From: Nitrosospira multiformis ATCC 25196
Lineage (GTDB): Bacteria; Pseudomonadota; Gammaproteobacteria; Burkholderiales; Nitrosomonadaceae
Direction: 5' to 3'
DNA: 32,000 nt
Assembly (NCBI RefSeq): GCF_000196355.1
Contig: NC_007614.1
Coordinates: forward strand, 3,030,001-3,062,000
In this document: piece by piece, positions 28,964 to 32,000 of the stretch
Position numbering within the stretch: position 1 is the stretch's first letter
How the letters are laid out: each line of letters opens with the position of its first letter
Notes under the pieces: model-generated
The model's input: the letters and a program-made list of their open reading frames with translations, nothing else
What the model was told of the DNA's origin: nothing
Databases searched by the model: none
Position numbers and translations under genes: made by a program

Positions 28964-30451
28964 TCATGTAGCCATACTTCGCGCAAGAGAGGCGCGTTGA
29001 TAATCGCGACTCGCCAGCCCCAACCGCGTAAGAAAGCGGAAAATGAATACTAGCACAGAAGCGATCAACAACATTGCGAAATATGAAGCAATTTTGTCGT
29101 AAGGCACCCATTCCGGAAGATGTTCCGCATAGCGGCGCGCGGCGCTGATTTTCCCGGAATAGAGAAAGCTCATGGTGAAACCCATGGTGCCGATAACGAA
29201 TCCCCAGAAAGCAGCGACGTCAAGGGCGCTATCCGGCGCATTCTCGTTCGGCTTGCCAAGGTAATACATGAACCCGAAGACCATCGCAACCATGCCGAGC
29301 AACAGATAGGTATGGAAATGTCCCGGCACCCACAACGTGTTGTGCATGACATAGTTGACCGTGATGGTGCCGTCGATGAACGCGGGCATCGCGCCGACTG
29401 CCCAACCGAAGAGCGACACGAACAGCAGCCGTGAGCACATATCCCAGCGAATACCCGACCGGTACACGATCATCATGGCGCCATAACCCGTCACGATCAG
29501 GATCGGGAAGGTATTGAGATAACCGATGATGTGACCCATGATCAGGAACCACTTGGGATAGGCATAATCCATCAACAGGTGGTGCGGGAAGATGAACATG
29601 ACCATGATCGTGGAAGCGGTCCAGGAGGCAAGAAACACCTTGTTCGCCTTCCAGGGACGTTGCGTATAGCGCGGCAGGATTTCATAGACCGCGATCACAG
29701 CCATGTAGATAACGGCATTGATGAATACGTGTCCGAAGAAGTAGATCATGCCCTTGGCCAGCAGCGGATCGATTTCGAAAGTCGGGACGTAAACATTGAT
29801 CAGCATCATAACCAGGATGCTGGCGCCGACCACTAGGCCAATCAGGTTGACGATGGTGACCATGGTGCTGGCAACCACGGCCGGCGGCGGTGCGTTGCCG
29901 TCATCAGGACCGAAAAGCTGTGGCCAGCCAAGTCCGCGACCCAGACCGCCGTAGCGGCTGATGATGGCGCGCGCGATATCCAGATGCAGCAGCACGAAAC
30001 CGACGCCGATGACCAGCAATCCGCCCATGAACAGCGCGGCAGCTCCCGGACTCCACATGCCCATGGAAGTGGTGGGCAACGGAAAGAGGAAGGTCCAGGC
30101 GGCGTGGAAATCGCCAAGCAGGACACTCGCCAGGATCATGACGACCCCTGTCAGAAACAGGATCAGGTTGGCCATGAATATACCTGTCGACAGATCGACA
30201 TACTGGCGCAGAAAATGCCACATTATGGCCGCTCCGGCCAGGGCGACGATACCCACCATTCCGGCACCGTGCAACGTCATGATTTTATAAAACCAGAGTG
30301 CTCCGATGGAGATCATTTGCGCCTGCTCCATCCTCATGAGCAGGCCGAAAAGCATCATCAGTAGCAATACTACACAGGAGATGACCAGATAGGCCAGCAC
30401 GCCCGCCTTGGCTCCCTGATCGGGAACCGGGGTATAAGTATAAGTTGCCAT
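28964..30451 (-). CDS. norY: Heme-copper oxidase superfamily subunit I, sNOR-type (NorY/CoxA2)
   Basis: MFIFPHH and VPGHFH histidine motifs, but helix VI reads YFFGHVFINAVIY instead of GHPEVY; located with subunit II and senC. Confidence 0.88.
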   Translation of the reverse strand: MATYTYTPVPDQGAKAGVLAYLVISCVVLLLMMLFGLLMRMEQAQMISIGALWFYKIMTLHGAGMVGIVALAGAAIMWHFLRQYVDLSTGIFMANLILFLTGVVMILASVLLGDFHAAWTFLFPLPTTSMGMWSPGAAALFMGGLLVIGVGFVLLHLDIARAIISRYGGLGRGLGWPQLFGPDDGNAPPPAVVASTMVTIVNLIGLVVGASILVMMLINVYVPTFEIDPLLAKGMIYFFGHVFINAVIYMAVIAVYEILPRYTQRPWKANKVFLASWTASTIMVMFIFPHHLLMDYAYPKWFLIMGHIIGYLNTFPILIVTGYGAMMIVYRSGIRWDMCSRLLFVSLFGWAVGAMPAFIDGTITVNYVMHNTLWVPGHFHTYLLLGMVAMVFGFMYYLGKPNENAPDSALDVAAFWGFVIGTMGFTMSFLYSGKISAARRYAEHLPEWVPYDKIASYFAMLLIASVLVFIFRFLTRLGLASRDYQRASLARSMAT

Positions 30452-30463
30452 GCTTATTCCTTT

Positions 30464-30991
30464 TTAAGATTTCCCAACTTTGATTTCGGTCATCATATTG
30501 TGGTGAGCAACACCGCAATACTCCATGCACAATACCCGGTAGGTACCCTCCTTGGGGAAGGTGATGTGGATTACGTTGGTGTAGCCGGGCATTGCCTGGG
30601 CCTGCGCAATCAGACGCAAGTCAGGATCATAAATGCCGAAGCCATGGTTCACGTCGGCGCTGGTGACACGAATGTCGACCGGTTGGTTGGGCTCGACCTG
30701 GTCCCGGTCCATTTCCCAGTACCACATATGACCGGTAACATTGATAACCTGGGTAGGACCGCTACTGGCCGCGGCCTTGGGACTGTAAGGCAAGCTCATC
30801 AGGTTGTAGATCATCGCCGGGAAGAATACAAACGCGACTGCCCAGAACAATTTGGTGCGAAAACTGTATGCACGCTTCACCAGCGGCCCATATTCTTCTT
30901 CGCGCTTTCCGGAATTGATGGCGACGAACACGACACCAAACGTGATCATCAGCATCAATACAAGGGAAACCTGCCACGCGGTTTCTTGCAT
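30464..30991 (-). CDS. norS: Heme-copper oxidase subunit II with CuA site, sNOR-type (NorS/CoxB2)
   Basis: Single N-terminal TM region, CuA motif CMEYCGVAHHNM. Confidence 0.88.
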   Translation of the reverse strand: MQETAWQVSLVLMLMITFGVVFVAINSGKREEEYGPLVKRAYSFRTKLFWAVAFVFFPAMIYNLMSLPYSPKAAASSGPTQVINVTGHMWYWEMDRDQVEPNQPVDIRVTSADVNHGFGIYDPDLRLIAQAQAMPGYTNVIHITFPKEGTYRVLCMEYCGVAHHNMMTEIKVGKS

Positions 30992-31703
30992 TATATTCTC
31001 CTTCTTTCTGTATATTTCATCTTTAATGCCCAGTTAAATCGTGGAATATCGGCCGACAGGGAGCCCGGGGTGCATGCGATGATCCTGAAAATCTGTTCTA
31101 TTTTCCGGAGTGCATGAGAATCCGGTCAGGAACACAGACAATCCCGCTGAAACGTTCACACAGCCGCGATGCGTTCGAAACCATTCAACCCACCTTATTC
31201 CGCTCGGGGATCGACGTACTCGACATGCATCAGAATATCCTACGGTCGATACCATCAAAAAAAGATAAAGAAAATATCGAATAGCCGACCTGCAATCCCC
31301 ACGCCTTTTACCTCTGACCCCGCACTTTTCATCTCTTGTCGTGGCCTATCATGCGGTTGTATGCAGGCGAAAAAAGCAGTATTTCCAAACTTCTTTCGCG
31401 ACCATTGAACAGCTGACTTGAACCGTTCCACCCCTCTTGCCGGAAATAAACCTTTCCGATCCCACACCGACAATATCATACCTGCAATACCCATACTTGC
31501 TACGCTGGTATGCATATTGATTACTGCGTGAGGGCTGGAGTATGCTGGATGAAGAGTTCGATGTCAAGCACGACATATAGCCGGCTCAAATCCGTAACCA
31601 TAGGAAATGTAGGGTTAAATTCTCTCGAAAGAGGTCACGGGCAATGCGGTTTCAATCCCTGCAGGAGTCTTTCCGAGGCTAGAGGGAGCGCCCTTTCCAT
31701 CTT

Positions 31704-31974
31704 TCAGGCGGGCCCACCAAACAGGTACTTTTCCACCCACTGCAGCAGATGGGGAGGCAGATGAGTCCGTCTCCATTCACGTAGCGCATATTGCCGGCCT
31801 CCGGCCAGATCGAATAAGTATAAAGGGCGGTCAGCATCCTGTTCAAACCCGGGCCTGTTTCATTGCCAGCACGAATTCCGCCAGCAGGGCGCGAGCGCGT
31901 TTGGGTACGATGGTTACTCCCGGAACGATCCTTACATGGTAGACATCATTTGCCCGTTCGATACCGGGATTTGG
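31704..31974 (-). pseudogene. Possible frameshifted coding remnant of unknown function
   Basis: Two overlapping frames: NPGIERANDVYHVRIVPGVTIVPKRARALLAEFVLAMKQARV* then RPGFEQDADRPLYLFDLAGGRQYALREWRRTHLPPHLLQWVEKYLFGGPA*. Confidence 0.4.
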
Positions 31975-32000
31975 CTAGAAATCTGGTTGATGCGGATGAA

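Overview
The window looks like a betaproteobacterial ammonia-oxidizer chromosome (Nitrosospira/Nitrosomonas-like, inferred from gene content). Left part (1-9 kb): AI-2E-type permease tail, CsbD-like gene, NUDIX hydrolase, CapK/PaaK-like adenylate-forming enzyme, and a 1711-aa protein with a MACPF signature (FGTHY...), a central coiled-coil/hydrophobic region and a C-terminal region resembling clostridial P-47/TULIP proteins. Middle (9-13 kb): an IS5/IS427-like insertion sequence (frameshifted transposase, matched ends, CTAG flanks) sits inside a cluster of HAF-repeat/PEP-CTERM surface protein genes. By reading frames by hand I found features absent from the ORF track: (a) a decayed third PEP-CTERM gene tail at about 8908-9129, and (b) an upstream extension of the 11957-12937 ORF to about 11762, adding a signal peptide behind GGAGGAG but with no ATG/GTG/TTG start, only ATA ATA. 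Then tRNA-Phe and ribF-ileS-lspA, a cob(I)alamin adenosyltransferase and an RhlE-like helicase. Right part (20.4-31 kb): a co-directional nitrogen-oxide block on the minus strand (sNOR-type norS-norY-senC-orf1, FNT channel, haoA, haoB, cycA, cycX/cycB), with an unusual ~880-bp insert carrying a terminator-like hairpin and a 48-bp direct repeat between haoB and cycA. All homology statements are from recall of motifs; no database search was run.
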